The notes: generated from the letters alone by a model not told the origin. A DNA stretch of 63,961 nucleotides from Oculina patagonica (GCF_052425735.1 NC_135764.1:7812040-7876000); one strand, 5' to 3'; shown: positions 1 to 14,087, counted from the stretch's first letter. Numbers and translations are program-made.

Positions 1-260
1 TGTGATCATTCAAATGAGAGCAATTAGTTTTATAATGCCGTACAAAATGGTTTTTATTTTGAAGGCTGGATGGAACCCTAGTGTAAGAATTCAAACGAAA
101 GCTATTGATCTGTACTTCTATGCAGTACCTTTTTTTATGAGGTACAGGGTGGTTTTAACTTTACAGTTTGTGGATGAAACCGTAGTGTGTGACCTTTCAA
201 ATGGAAGCAAATGGAAGCTATTGAGTAGTTTTTTCGCGTTATTACTCTGTATAAGTTTTA
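1..260. repeat. Degenerate units of an interspersed/tandem repeat (GTGTGAYCWTTCAAATG-type)
   Basis: Related motifs recur: tgtgatcattcaaatgagagc (1), gtgtaagaattcaaacgaaagc (~81) and gtgtgacctttcaaatggaagc (~187). They resemble, from recall only, an abundant coral repeat. The ORF 2..313 is treated as spurious. Confidence 0.5.
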
Positions 261-3200
261 CGGTAGCAAAACTGACTGAGTTCAAAAAATTAATCATTCC
301 AAAAGATCAATAAAAAATCAAACAAGGAATCTTGTCCACGCGTTCCCTCAAAATCGGGACAAGCGAAAACGTTGTATTTTCACAGTTGTTGAATTAAACA
401 TTTGTTCTATTTTTGTGCGTCATATTGTCCCTAGAGGTTTACCAAATGACGAAATCAAGCCGCCATTTTTAGTTGTATAACAATGGTAACAGATGGCTAT
501 AGCGTCAATTCAAACGCTCTCACGTTTAGTTTGCTTAATATATATTTCTGAAAGCAAATTATCACACAAAACCACATATCCCCCTGAGTAAAGGTTGAAA
601 TACAAATTTGAACAGATTAAATAGTGGCAGTAAGAATTTTAATGAGTTGTCTCTTTTCTCAAGCTTGCAAAAAAAAAACCTGCGAGTAAGAAAGCAGCCA
701 CAATAACTCTTAAATGAAATTGCTTTTGTTGGATATAAAAGTATGGTATCTATTCAGCCGCGTTCTCTTGGTGATAAATGGTCTTCATCGACTGTGATTA
801 CATAATCTGCAGGCGTTGCACGCATGTTTTCGTTGAAATGCAGAGTAATGAGGCTTCATGTCAGACAATGAAACTTCCATTTGGAAAAGTAAACATGCAA
901 CGTTAAAAGGCAAAACTTTATCAAAAACCTAGTTTTGGAAGCTAAAATTGTACAAGTGTACGTGGAAATGGCAAATGGACAGCGATTTTAAAACTTCGAT
1001 AACGTCAAAGCTTTTCAACCTTTCACAAATAATGTCGGTAATTTATTCATTTTGAACAAAGTAGAAATTGTACAATTGTACAAACAGCACTTCTACGTGA
1101 CACAATGCGAAAGATGCGTGTAAAGAGAGAGTTGAGATGATGTTTAACTCACTCACGATAACTTATTTTAAGATGAATGTGGACCAAGCATGTAAACTCG
1201 ACAAGGGTGAGGCTGGTTTACAGGGGACCAATAATTTTTCAGTTAGGTGAGAAGTCAATAATTTATCGTCTTTCAGAATTCATAAGAATTAGAACTAACA
1301 ATTAAATCATGCGCCGAAAATGACCAGAATGTTAAAGAATTTACTTATGTGCCAAAGGTGTGTCTTGCACAGTCTAAAGGCACAACGTGCTAAGTCAGTC
1401 ACATGACATGCCCTTCATTCATGTGTCCAGCCAAGGCCAAGGCAAAGAGGGGACTAATCACCCGTGTCAAGCCTTTCATTAGGTCTCTTGTTCTGAATAG
1501 CACTTACATGGTTTACAGTTTAAGGAAGAACATTCCAGATCCGTCTAGAAGGTTCCAGTCATTGCTCTTCACGATTGGTTTCTGGTACGTAACAATGCCC
1601 CTGATGTGAAAACACACTTGTTCAACATAATTCAGATTGCATGAAAACTGCGTTTAGTGGTACGAGGGGTACTTAGTTTTCTGGTCACGTACGCTTCAAA
1701 CATACTTCGTTAGCGTCTCTAAGTGTTCACGCTTTTCGTTTCCTGTTCAGCTTATAATTTAATGAGAAACGGACACAGGAGAAATTAAGACCAACCAGAT
1801 TTATTGTCACCATTTAGTTTCGTAGTGATGCTATCTCGCACAACAACTGGCGACCTCCGTCCGGCAACTAAAAGCTTAAATATTTGCAATTAGTCTCTCC
1901 AAATGTAGCTGCAAAACACCCGGTGTTCATTGTAGGAATAAACAAAAAACTATTTAAAATGGCCATACAGAACACTGTTTTGGGTCCTAGCAAAGTTATA
2001 ACAAGTGGCAGTGAGAATAGCAGTAAACTTATCCTCTGCTGTTAACAGACAATAAAAGCCAGGATGGCTTCTTCGCAGCAGCAAAACGTTTACCAGGTCT
2101 TGCTGTTTTAAATCTTAACAACATTCATTGATTTGGAAGAGTGGCCAATTTAAATTAGTTTTATACTGGAATACTGCCTTCAAATGGGCACCCAACTGTG
2201 TTTCAGGTCTAGTTCGAAAACGCAACATTAGTTATTATGTTTTATTAAATAGTGTATACATCAATAATAACCAATTAAATTTTATTGATAGGAAATTGAA
2301 GAGAGTTTCAAACCGTTGGAAATTCAAAATGAAGTACTTATTTGAAATAAGTGGCACTTATTATATTGTTTCTCCACACAACAATTATTTTTGTTGTGAA
2401 GCCCAAGAGCAATAAGATACCTAACGTTATTGTAAAGCATGAGTTCCTATTTTAGCGTTTGTCTAATTCTGTCGAACTTGTGTGCGAAGTTACGTAAATT
2501 AACGTTTGTTTTCGTTGTAGATTGCTGAATTTAACCTACGCATGCGTTGAAAGGACGACTGAAGACGTCAAACCAGATCAGATTACCTAAGTGTGCCGGG
2601 AGCAAGGTATTTTATGACGTTTTCAGCTTAGTATAAACATAAATGTCTTGACCTTGATGGCCTGTAGTTTATGATTTTTGTAGAAAAGCACAACAAAATG
2701 TGAATCATTTGGAACATCGAACTGACGTCGTCGAACGATCACCTAAATAATTGACGTTAATGTAATAATAAGAAGAATCCGTATAAGGCACTGTAGCTCA
2801 CATGTCAAAATCGATCGAACTGAGCTCGAGGGGCCGGTGGCCATTGTACACAGAGAATCTTTGTTCTCATTATGTATTGATAATTACTGATCAGAAAACA
2901 ATTGGCGAGCGGCAAAAGTAGTAAGCGTGTCGCCTCTTGAGTGCCATTTGTGAGGTGTACGATTCGAAAGGACTTAGAAAACCGCTGCAAAGAGACGCAT
3001 AGCTTTCCCCGCTCGGGGCCTTTTTGGCAGGTGGGTGAAATAAGTGGTCGCTCTAAGGTTTGCAATTCCAAAATGCTTAAGAAAAACTCATTTTGCAGAG
3101 TGGGAACTCTTTTTAAATTTCTGGATGTTAGTTGTAAACAAAACAGGTATTTTATTACAATGAACTAGCACCGTATGCTAGTTAATTGTTATGAAAGTTG

Positions 3201-3563
3201 AATAATGATAGATCATGAGCTCAAAGGAATACCTATCTTAAATCTTCAGTGTATTCTTTATCTATTTGAACGCTTGGCCTGACGTCAATGTGATCTTTTC
3301 CATTTTATATTGAGAACCTATCCGTTTAATTAGAAAGCTACACTCTATTTATTTTTTCTGTACCACTTTTAATTGAGACAAAAGCTGCACTGTTGCACGA
3401 GAAACATAGCTTAGCCTTAGCAGGGATTTCTTTGGGAGTTGTGGTTCGCCTTGCCTTTAACAGGCTTCATACAAGCCGACTTAAGCAATTATATAGATAA
3501 CAGACTAAAGAGCTGCTTTCGGTTCTAATTCGAAACTGTTTCTATCCCCACAGGCGTTTTAAA

Positions 3564-3917
3564 ATGTTGCTTTCAGTTTCCAAAATCTTGGTTGGGATGT
3601 TGCTGTTCGTTACCATCACGGCTAAATCTAGAAACAGACATTTTCGGCAAAGATTGGATTGCAAAGTAACTGTTGGCTACCTCCTCATGCAAAGCGACGA
3701 CTGCAGGTTCAGTATTACAACTTTTGGTTGTCACGGCATCTGCTTGTCGTCGGCAAAACCTTTCAGCCATAGAACTGGATTTGCTTCAAGTTGCTCGTGC
3801 TGTGCACCCATCAAATCAACCATAAGAGAAAAAACAGTGTCCTGCAGAGGGAGAAGAAAAGTGTATCGCTACCCAGTGGCATTAGAGTGCGCCTGCAGAC
3901 CGTGTTTAAACGGCTGA
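3564..3917 (+). CDS. Secreted cystine-knot hormone-like protein (bursicon / glycoprotein hormone subunit family), 117 aa
   Basis: Hydrophobic signal peptide, then 11 Cys in the pattern C-x13-C-x8-CHGIC-x16-CSCC-x13-C-x14-CACRPC (CxGxC and CxC knot motifs). The C-terminal YPVALECACRPC resembles both bursicon and GPB5. Splice acceptor ccccacag ends at 3553, and a candidate non-coding upstream exon lies at 2521-2606. Confidence 0.88.
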   Translation: MLLSVSKILVGMLLFVTITAKSRNRHFRQRLDCKVTVGYLLMQSDDCRFSITTFGCHGICLSSAKPFSHRTGFASSCSCCAPIKSTIREKTVSCRGRRKVYRYPVALECACRPCLNG

Positions 3918-4882
3918 CAGTATGTGTCCTTGTTCATGTGAAGTTTTGGAGTCAAGAAATCAGTGATTTTCGTGCGAGGAGACCGCAATGAAAGTCTAGA
4001 CTTGCGTTATTTCAAGACATCGACTAAATAATAGCTCAATAACATTTGTGTGGGATTTGAACAACAGCCGTTTTTAAAAAAAATGTATTTTGAGATGGAA
4101 GCGTTCCGAAGGACTTTTTATCAAGACGTAAATGTTGCAGAGCAACACTGTCGACTGTTAAAGGTATCGGTTAACTAAAGACATTTACATTGTTGTGTTA
4201 AGTGGTTTGAAATATATCTGGTCGTCTATTGTATTTATGGTTTTACTTTTGCAACTTACTGCGTGTGGATAACATTGGTTTTCTTAACAATGCATAAAAC
4301 GTGTTTTAATAGCAGCAGTGAACATTGCACTGCGTATAATCGAACTTTACATATAATGCAAAGAAAAACAGCTAAGAAATACGCAACAGTGTACAATCAT
4401 TGTGGAAAAACCCGGTTTGACAGGCAGTATGGCTAACTGTTAAATAAGGCTTGAAAAATCCCTCGGGTAATTTTCAAGCAAAAAGTAACTTGATATTATT
4501 TAAAATATTTACGAGCTTGAGAGCTTTCCATTTATTTTGAGATGTTTTTCATTGCAAAAGGCAATTAAAATTAACATGAATTAGACTGATGTTGCCTACG
4601 GCGTGTTTCGGTTCCATGAACAATTTATGTAAAGTTAATTTTGTTTCTATTTAGCGGACCTAATGTCGAATATCGTTTATAGAAAACATAAAGGGAAGGC
4701 ACAATGGCAAACCCAATGGTCAACGCTAGGTTAGACTGAGGTTAAAATACAGTAAAAACCACGGCGTATAAACTGTGTGCATAAAAGGGTTGAATATTTA
4801 TAAAAGGATTATTTGTGTATAGATTTAAACGGCTTTGAATAATTGTAAATATTGTAAATCAATTTCTCTTATTGAGTACATG

Positions 4883-5029
4883 TTAGAGTGATTTCAGTTA
4901 ACCCGTGGAATACTTATTACACTTTTAGATACTATTAGACACAAATTACAATGTTTTCTTTTGTTTCCTTTCGACTATTACGCACAAACATGTAGATATT
5001 GTTTCACGGGTTAAATGAAATCACTCTAA
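4883..5029. mobile_element. Small MITE / palindromic element
   Basis: About 28-bp terminal inverted repeats: ttagagtgatttcagttaacccgtggaa ... tttcacgggttaaatgaaatcactctaa. Confidence 0.7.
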
Positions 5030-5818
5030 AAGGAAATCTAGTTATTGTAAATAGTGTCTATTAGATCTGTTATTCGTTTGTTCCTGTTCATTAGAGGTAG
5101 CTTTTGTTTATGACTTTAAAAAGGATAAGCAAGGCCAAATGAAAGCCGAAGACTAATTGTTCATTCATAATTTAAGATAACTTAAACACAATATGAATAA
5201 TTATGTAAGTAACAACTTGTGAGCAGCATATCGTATATTAAAGAACTAAATAATATGAAATATCCTGGTAGTTGAAAAGAAAAAAGAAAATAAAGTACTA
5301 TTGTTGCTTTAGACTGAATGCTGTATTATGGTAAGCTTGTTCACGGTCTAGAAAGGGGAGCAGTGCAAAACAATTTATTGTTCTACAGGCGAGTCAATTA
5401 GACAAATTTAATTGCTGTTTGGCAAATGCAAACTTGCTGAATATTTTAATGAGTATTCCCTGAGAAAAGAAAGTAAGACCGCCTTAATCTATGTCAATAA
5501 CAAAACATGTATTTTTGAATTAAATGTTTTCGCTTGCTAAAATGTAAAAGTATATATGACTGAAGATAAATACAAATGTTAGTCTTTACTCTGAAGAGGA
5601 GACAAGAGTAAAATATAGTACGGTATTTTGTAAATTGTTTCATTGTTTTGCACGGCGTTATGCGTTTTTAAATAGGTGTTTTTGTTGAAAGACAGTGAAA
5701 AGCAACAGTGTTTACAAATGTCAGAAACGCACCCATCGGTAAAAGCATTTCATCACTTGTTTGGTCTCTAAGCCTTAAAAACGGTAAAATTTCAAAAAAG
5801 CCCCCCCCCCCCAGATCT

Positions 5819-6189
5819 TACAGTAAAATCCTTCCGAAAATAAGCCCTCTCAAATCAACAAGCCGACGCGCTTATAACTTTTCCGAGTATAAGTCCCTTG
5901 TGTATGGCTCGCTTTGTATTTTACGTTGTTAGAGAATACTCAGTGTGACTGTAGGACTTGTTAAGGGCTTCATATCATTATGTTTAGAGAGTTTTACAAA
6001 TTGGTATTCTTGTATTTGCCAAAAAGAGAGCCACAGTGTTCCGTCCAAATGGAAACCCAAAGATTTTTTAAACGCAAATTTCCTTCCGAAAATACCCCCC
6101 CCCCCCCCCCCCCCCCCCCAACGTTAACACGTAAACAAGCCCACCTGGATTAATATAGGCCCAGAGCTTATTTTCGGAATTTTACAGTA
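5819..6189. mobile_element. pogo/Tc1-mariner-type MITE
   Basis: Imperfect TIRs tacagtaaaatccttccgaaaataagcc ... gcttattttcggaattttacagta with TA ends. Internal repeat cttccgaaaata and a poly-C tract. Confidence 0.65.
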
Positions 6190-9100
6190 GTTACAAAAAT
6201 CTGGCACACTATTTTTTAAAAAAAGATACAATTACTGAGATGATGGGCGTATTATGACTGGTCAATAGCTTATGATTATCGTTCTGGAGTATGACGTGAC
6301 AATTACAATCATTTCACTGAAAACAATAGTCCAGAAATATATTAAGCTGATCGGCGCAATAAGCCACTGTGGATGCCATGTGAGAACACTTTTAAGTTTT
6401 AAGAAAGGCGGCATGCAAATGACACGCCTTTGACTTATAATTTACAAATATTTCTATCCTTTTACAACATTCCAAGTGGTGCATTGCGCTGATAAAAGAC
6501 AGTTTTACAGCCATACGTATCAGTAAAAGATCTGGTTACTTTACGTATGTAACAATTATCATGAGGCAAAGGATTGCACAATAATAAGAGTAAAAATAAA
6601 AAAAAATAATAAAAAAAGTAATAAGAAAAGATTTTTGTTCAAATTAAACAGAAGTACATCGAAGCCACTTACCACTGTTCTCGTTAATTGCTAACCAAGG
6701 ACTCTCTAACATGGACTGACCCATCTAGTCAACTGTTCTTTAAGAGTTAATCTGTGTATGAAAAAAATACGAATCAGTGGACTAAAAAACCATGATGAAA
6801 ACAATAACTTTAACTATGCCAGAATATTTCTCCTATCAAAATCGAAATTTCTTATGCATTCTTTTATGTAAAGGTCATCAAATAACAATACAATTACGAA
6901 AAATCTTGTTTTTTTTTTCTGTCAAGTTAAAACGTTTACCTAGAAAAAATATTCACAACTAGGACCTGCCAAAGATCAGAACTTTCAGCTTAAATGCTGT
7001 CTCTGAAAAAAAAAAGACGAATGCTTGGTTTGGAGAAGAAGAAGGCTCCAGTGCATGACGTTGCATTCCTGTGGTCTGATCGAGCCATCTGCCTGGAGAC
7101 GACGGCTTGGTACAAGAAAAGCTACCATTGGATTGATCTGTCAGTAAATCGTTTCTAAATCTGATAATTGTAGACTTAATCCCCGACGAAAATTTCTGTG
7201 CAAGGTACTTTGTACTCACCTGTGAGAATTTTCAATGTTTCTATCATTTATGCTTGTTAATCAACTCGATACATACTGCTTTTATGGTGTGTTGACAGCT
7301 TCCCAAACTCCAGTCAAAACAAAAAAGTGCATAGAACTCATGCAACAGTTGTTCTCTAACTCAGACTCTTCAATGTTAGCCAAGCTCCATAAACAGCCTC
7401 TAGAACTGTCGATGATATTATTGTTGTTCCTTGTAATTGCCACGAAGGTGAACCATCAAGATGTGTTAATTCCGCTATCGGTCATGTTTATACCCCATTT
7501 CAGTGCCATAGAAGAAACTTGCAGTACATCCGGAGAAAAACTCCATGATTTGACCGTAACTTGGGTTAAGACAAAACTCCATACTTAGACAAGAAGATCT
7601 TCAGCACATTCCGGAAAGGTCTTGTAAATGCGAGCTTGCAAATGCCTTCTAAGACGAATTCCTATCATTGCGCCAACCCATTTGATCAGAATTCTCGACA
7701 TGCTTTCCAAACAAAAGAAGATACCTCAACCTCGCTCGTCAATAATAGAAGTAAATTATTGCAAATGATTTTCCAATTTGTATACACTTAAGAATCTAAT
7801 CATCTTAATTGCCATGGCCTTGGCCATGATCTTGGCATTCCCTCGTTCGACGAGTGCATGGTATGGAGACCAGCCAGTAAAGAGAGGGTTCAGGGTCTCT
7901 GTGAGCTTATGAGAGGCTACGTGGGTGCAGAGTAAGCTACTTGTGCTTCATCATCGACCATGAAATTAGTTTTGCGTGGGTCATCGAAGGGGCAAAGTAA
8001 CTCAGGCGTTCCTTTTGCAGCGATTGTGTAGCAACTTTATTGCGGAGACGTTTGCCCAAAGTTGCTGTCAGCAGAGTTAACTGATTTACCTTTTGTGTGA
8101 TTTAATTCACATTTGCCTATAATTTGTAAAAAAAGGAAAGAACAAAATATCCGTAGCACACACAAGTTGCAACTTTGCGTTCATACGTATTTGCAATGTA
8201 AAAGTTTGTCCACTTAATTCGATCGGTGTGGTGTGGTCTGGTGTATCAAATAAATGAATGAATAAATAAATGAATGAATGCGTACGGTACAGAAGCCGTT
8301 CATAAGCTCACGAAGGCTCGTATATATGGGCATTAAAGGAAAGCGAGAGAAATTAAAGTAAATAGAAATTAAATTTCCTATCTTAAACATAAATTTAAGT
8401 TAACTGAAATTGTTAATAAGAACAAATAATCAACAACGAAAACTTCCGTCACATTAAAGCAAAAGCCTTGTTTTCTTTAGTTTGCTGAGTCATGTCATTC
8501 ATCAAATTTAAAACCCGTTGGTCCACAGCCGTGAATTTTTTTATGACATTTGGATTTCACAAAAGAACAAAGGCTAATGCCGATGACCATGAACCCAGTC
8601 TTCGTGAGGGTTCTTCTATTTTACAGTGAGTTTTACACAAGTTAAAACAGTACTTTTGTTTCACGAAAATTTGCCGCTTTCTTAAGCAGAGCGTCATGGA
8701 TATGCACTGACAACTAAATAAGAGACCAAGTTTTGATTGTGAAAAAGACAGCTTGTAATGACTTGATATAAAAACGTCAATAAATTGCACAGGTGTTTCG
8801 CAAAATGCACGTAATAAGAAAAACAATGATTTCTTTAGTTAGGACGACCATGTATCGTTAACGATATTGTTCGATGCAGGAGACGTAATGCAAATTGATA
8901 GCAAATGGAATCACGCTTTGCTTTGGTTTGTGGAATACTAGCGTAATCGGCTAGGGTTCTTATAAAAACCTGTTCCGTTCAAAGATTGAATGAGATGTTT
9001 GCTGTAGGCAGCCGATTAAATTTTTGTGATAATTATTCTGTCACGGAGCCAAATGTCTCAACAATAGACGTGAAAAGACTTCAAGATAACAAATACAAAG

Positions 9101-10465
9101 GACTTTATCTGAAGAAATAGTTTTGGCAAAGACATGAATCCCGGCACTTGGGAACTTGTGCTTTGCTTCGTTCGAGCTACCACAAGTACATGTATGGTTA
9201 CAATAGGTTGATTATAACTGTTAAAGGCCCCATCGAAGTCTCCATTTAAGGTTCATTGTAGAATAGTCCACCTGTTGTTATTTTTGGCCTAAAAAGGAAC
9301 CTCTTATCTATCACTATTTCTCGCTTTGCAGGGGGTGAAAAAATGAATTTTTGCCTTCAGGTGTTTGGTTCCAGGTTGGTTACCGAAAACAAAACATTCA
9401 GTTTTCAATTGTGGTGGAAAATGTAAACAACTTTTTGCCTCGACTGATGGAGGAGCTAAACAAAAGATTCTGTCTTAGTTCCCACGCTCCTAATAGCTAA
9501 TTCTCTGCGATTCAATTAACATGTTAATTTAACTAGTAGCTGTGTGTGTTCTCATATACACCGGGCGATTATTAAGTGCGTGTTTTGTCTATTGGTTTTG
9601 ATAACGGGGTCATGCAACCATAGGTTTGCTAAACACTACCTAAACTAAATTCAAAATTTGCATAATCGAAGCTTTATTTCACCCTTGATGAAAATAATCT
9701 TTGTCTGAGGCCTTGCCACTGGAACGTGGAACTAACTAAACATCTTAGCCAAGGAGATTATTTACAACATCATCAACATTTGAACAAATTTTCTGGTTCC
9801 CATAGTCCTTTCTCAAAATTCCAATGTTCAAGTCACAAGAAAAAAAATGAAAATTGTTTTTTTATATTGAATTAAATTGTTCATCATGGATGTTGGCAAT
9901 GGACCTTATGGGGTAAGCAGTGTTACAGAGGAAAAGGGAAATCTGTCACAGCGTTGCTGAAGGTGTTGGACGTTCTCAACAACTGAGGCATATCACTTTA
10001 CAGCTTTGCACGGTTAGTAGAATAAAAACAAAATCAGGGAGATTTCATTTACGGGGTCTTTTTACGACACATAGAAGACGCTCTTATTTTCCTGTTGCTT
10101 GACCTTTTGAACTTGATGTTAAGTAAAGTTAAATTGCCCAGCTTGTAGATAACAAGTAAAGGATATTAAGAGAAAAAAAATCACTTCAGTTCAACTTTGT
10201 TTAGTGACAAAGAAAGAAATACAAATGAATTAAATAATTTAAAGAAGCAATTAGTTTCTGTTGACAATATTTATTACAACTTTCCTTACTAAGGATTACC
10301 ACCAAGTATGGTGCTTAACATTATTCCATTTCATTTGAATAGAATATCATAGTTACAAAGAATAAACAACTAGTCTTAACCAAATACTAACAAGCTTTAC
10401 ATAGAATAGAAGAAAAACTGCTCATAATAATTTAACCCATCAGAGAAGATAATCTCAGTGGACAC

Positions 10466-10940
10466 TACCTATTGACAAACTACAGAGTATATATAAAATA
10501 ATTTTAAGGTTGGACAGAAAGCGCCTTTTTCAATTTACAATCGGAAGAATTTCGAGAGTTTATTATTTCGCCAAATCTCCTCCAACCTCGACAAGCTTTT
10601 TTGCAATGGCTTCTGTTTTTCACCTACGCGCAACACAAACCGAGTTAACTAAAACGCCCATTACTCGGAATCAATAATAAATATAATATAAAAGTTTATA
10701 TTTACTAACTATTGACAATCCACAGAGTATTCAAAAAATAATTTTCAGGTTGGGCAGAAAGCGGCTTCTTTAACTACAATTGGAAGAATTTCGCAACTAA
10801 TCACTTCATTTAATCTCCTCCAACCTCTTCAAGCTTTTTACAACGGCTTCTGTTTTTCACCTACGCACAACACAAACCGAGGTAACTAAAACGCCTATCC
10901 CTCGGTATCAATAATAAATATCACATAAAAGTTAATATTT
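10466..10940. repeat. Diverged tandem duplication, about 240-bp unit x2
   Basis: attgacaa...cagagtat starts at 10471 and 10711. ttctgtttttcacctacgc...aacacaaaccgag is present in both copies. Confidence 0.85.
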
Positions 10941-11315
10941 CTAAATGTTCTCTTAATAAAACAAATGTACCTATATCTATACCTTATTTCTGCCTTTGCG
11001 TGCCAGAAAACGCTACTGTTAACTGCAGACCAGTCAGGATAAGAGTAAATTATACTAATTATGATAAAAGTTGTTTCAGATATTTCACAAGTATGGTCGT
11101 GCATCTTGTGCTTCAATTTTCAACGTTACTCTCTAGTTTTTTCACTCGTTTTCACAAAGTAAACTAGATTTACAATTCTGCTTTTAAGATAGTGTACTTC
11201 GCACTATAAATGAAAATCTTTGACGAGTTATAAAGGTATGAAAGGCAGCTTTTTATTCCGTCATTAGTGAATGTGCATGTGAGTACTGAACATTAATACT
11301 GTTTTCATTTTCTGC

Positions 11316-11401
11316 GCCATTTTGAGAAAGGTTATAGAGAATTGTTATATACACGAAGGCCATTTTGAGAAAGGTTATAGAGAATTATTATATACACGAA
11401 G
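11316..11401. repeat. 43-bp tandem duplication in the protease 3' region
   Basis: gccattttgagaaaggttatagagaattRttatatacacgaag at 11316 and 11359. Confidence 0.9.
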
Positions 11402-11485
11402 AAGAGCAACCATCGATGACCATTCTGCATCTCACGTATTAGCTTACGTCCATTTCGACGTCTTCGACGGACTCAGTTTGATTTG

Positions 11486-13949
11486 TTAGCGTCTGGCAAC
11501 CCATTTTGAGATCTGTCGCACCTTGGTACTGGTAAGGGAATTTACAACATTGAATTTGAACACTCTGCCTTTCACCGTCCCTCGTGCTATTGCCGAAACC
11601 ACTCCAACCACGGCATTTTCATCACCTCTAGGGGTGTCTACGTAAACTCCTGAGCCGGAGACACCTTTAACTCCATCACAGAAGTTTAGAATCATGTCAT
11701 TCGATTTTCTGTACACGCGGCAGTACGTGTACCATAACGAGTTGTACCACTTATCACCATGGAAACCAGAAAACTGGATTTTTGAGCCGGGAATAAGGCT
11801 GCTAATCTGCACCGACATATGCTGCCTGTTGTGCTGACGCTTGAGTTTCAAAACTGCAAAGTCGTATCTCAGCCTGTCTTTCGGCGGGGACTGTTTCTTC
11901 CATTCTTTAGGGACATATTTTCTTTGCACGCGGATCCAGTGGAACTTTCCTGAGCGCTGAAGCAAACCTGAGAAATCAGTTAAATGGAATCAGTTTAGAT
12001 AGAATAATTGTCGCAACAAATTGTTATTAAACCATTTGCTTAAAAACTAAATAAGGGCCGACTTATTTCAAATTTTTCTATAAGTGACCCACTACACAAT
12101 AGTCAAGAGGTTATTTCATTCTCTAAAAAGTTAAGCATTTGACAAAACAGACATAACCGTTTGAAAACATAATAATATAATTATATAATAACATTATTCT
12201 GTAGATATGAAATCCATTAGCCATCATTGCCTCTTTATTATTTTGCATATTAAAAGCTATCCACTTAGTCAAATGCGATTTGTTTGAAAACGTGTTAGTA
12301 AACAACTATATAAATTACAGTACATTTTTTTTCCACAACATTAAAACAGTTAAAAAGTATTTGCAATTTAACAACTTCGCCTATAACAGAAAGTTATGGT
12401 CAAGTGTTTTCTTTTATTACATAGCATGACCTCGGTTTTTTATTCATAGACTACCGAGGAAAATAAACACCAGTCAATGAAATTGACCGGAGATCATTTT
12501 AAATACGTTTATTAAATAACCGTGGTAGCCATTGTCCTGTGAAATGTAAACTCCGAAACTGATCATTCTTAAACAGTTTTTTGTTGTTTTGACACTCATT
12601 ATAATAGAAGAGGTTTCCCGATAATAAAAAACATTAAAACTGAAGCGAAATAGAACTGCTACATTTCACGCACGATCGCTTGTCACGAAACATTCTACAT
12701 TGCTCGAATGCTTGAAAACTTTGAGGTTTGCACTGATAACCGACGGAAACGTTTAACAAAGACCAAGATCAAAGAAACCAAAACAAACAAACCATTGAAG
12801 AACACAAACGCGTACAGTTTGCAAAGGAATCACTTTTCATTTAGATGGTGTAATGCTGACAGTAAAGATACCAAATGCATGACGTTTATTCCATTTACCG
12901 TCTAATTACGACTACCTCAACGCCCCCGTTGCACGCTTGGTTTATCAATTGCGGGCTGATAATTTCAATAATCTTATATTAATCTTGGTGTTACTGTTAT
13001 GCGTTATTAACGACAAATCAAAACAAACGTCGTCAAGTGAAGCATATGTTTCCTTATAATATATTTATCTCCAGCTGACGATATAAGTAGTCTAGAATGG
13101 TTGCTATAAAGTTCAGAGAGTTATGTTTTCAAGCACTTAGCAACCTGTGTCGTCAATTGTCAAAGTGTTATACTAAAATTACGAAGCAGACCAATTTTAT
13201 AATCGAGTTTAGTCGAGAAACCTCTGGCAGAGGACAATCCCTGTATCGTTAAATAATTTCAAACCGTTTAAAACCGATAACACACGAATTTTTCGCGTAA
13301 AAGCAATGTTACATAGTGTACCTCCCATAAAGTTTCTTGAATCGTAAATTACACTGAACAATACACTAAAGAGTGAACCTGACATAAATAACAATGATTA
13401 CATCACCAGATTGAGCAAGCTAAAGTCATACTCTACAAACGGGTTAGTTAGAGAAAGTTACTTACCGACTTTCAACTGTTTAGCACTCTTTAAAAGTTTT
13501 TTTCCATTGTGAACGCAGTGTGCGGCTGTCAGCACGTGCTGAGCTCCAATGAGCGTGCCAGTGCAACCGGAAGAAAGCATCACCGCGGTAGAGAAGGGAT
13601 ACATCTGCGCCTCGAGAGACGTTCGCATGTTTACCCGGTTGTCCTTTCCAAAGATGCCACTCGCCCTTCGCGTCCTTCCACGACTGGATTCCACGTGAGT
13701 TAAAGAGACGTCTCCATCGGAGAGACTAAACGCAGAAAGGACTTTTAAGGCAAAATCATCAACTGAATTACTGTCTCCGTCAATGTTCAGGTATAAAGTG
13801 CCGTCTTCAGTTTCGGTGGGGTCTTTCTTAATTGCGGACGGGCGAGACCACTTCGCGAGTTTTGTGTCCTTCCAGCTGCTTGAGTCGCTTAAAGGGTTGC
13901 ACGTTGTCTCGATTACTGCAAGAAGCAGGTACATCAGTGACAGTTTCAT
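11486..13949 (-). CDS. Secreted S1 serine protease, PRSS23/PRSS35-like, 321 aa, 2 coding exons
   Basis: Exons 13949-13466 and 11967-11486 are joined by a phase-1 GT-AG intron (GTC G|gtaag ... cag|GT TTG). Signal peptide, basic RGRTRR site before ASGIFGKDNR, CTGTLIGAQHVLTAAHC (His), YDFAVLKL (Asp) and CDGVKGVSGSGVY (Ser; PRSS23 family G-x-SGSG-VY pattern). Confidence 0.9.
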
Positions 13950-14087
13950 TGTTGTAGACTTCGGACAAATCGTCTTCTTGTTCGTAAGCTCTATAAAGCA
14001 AAATACATCATTTCAAGCAAGTTCCAGTTATCGCTCAAAAGACGAGAATAGTAAATAAAACTCAACAACGTGTTCTCGGCGTGAGTA

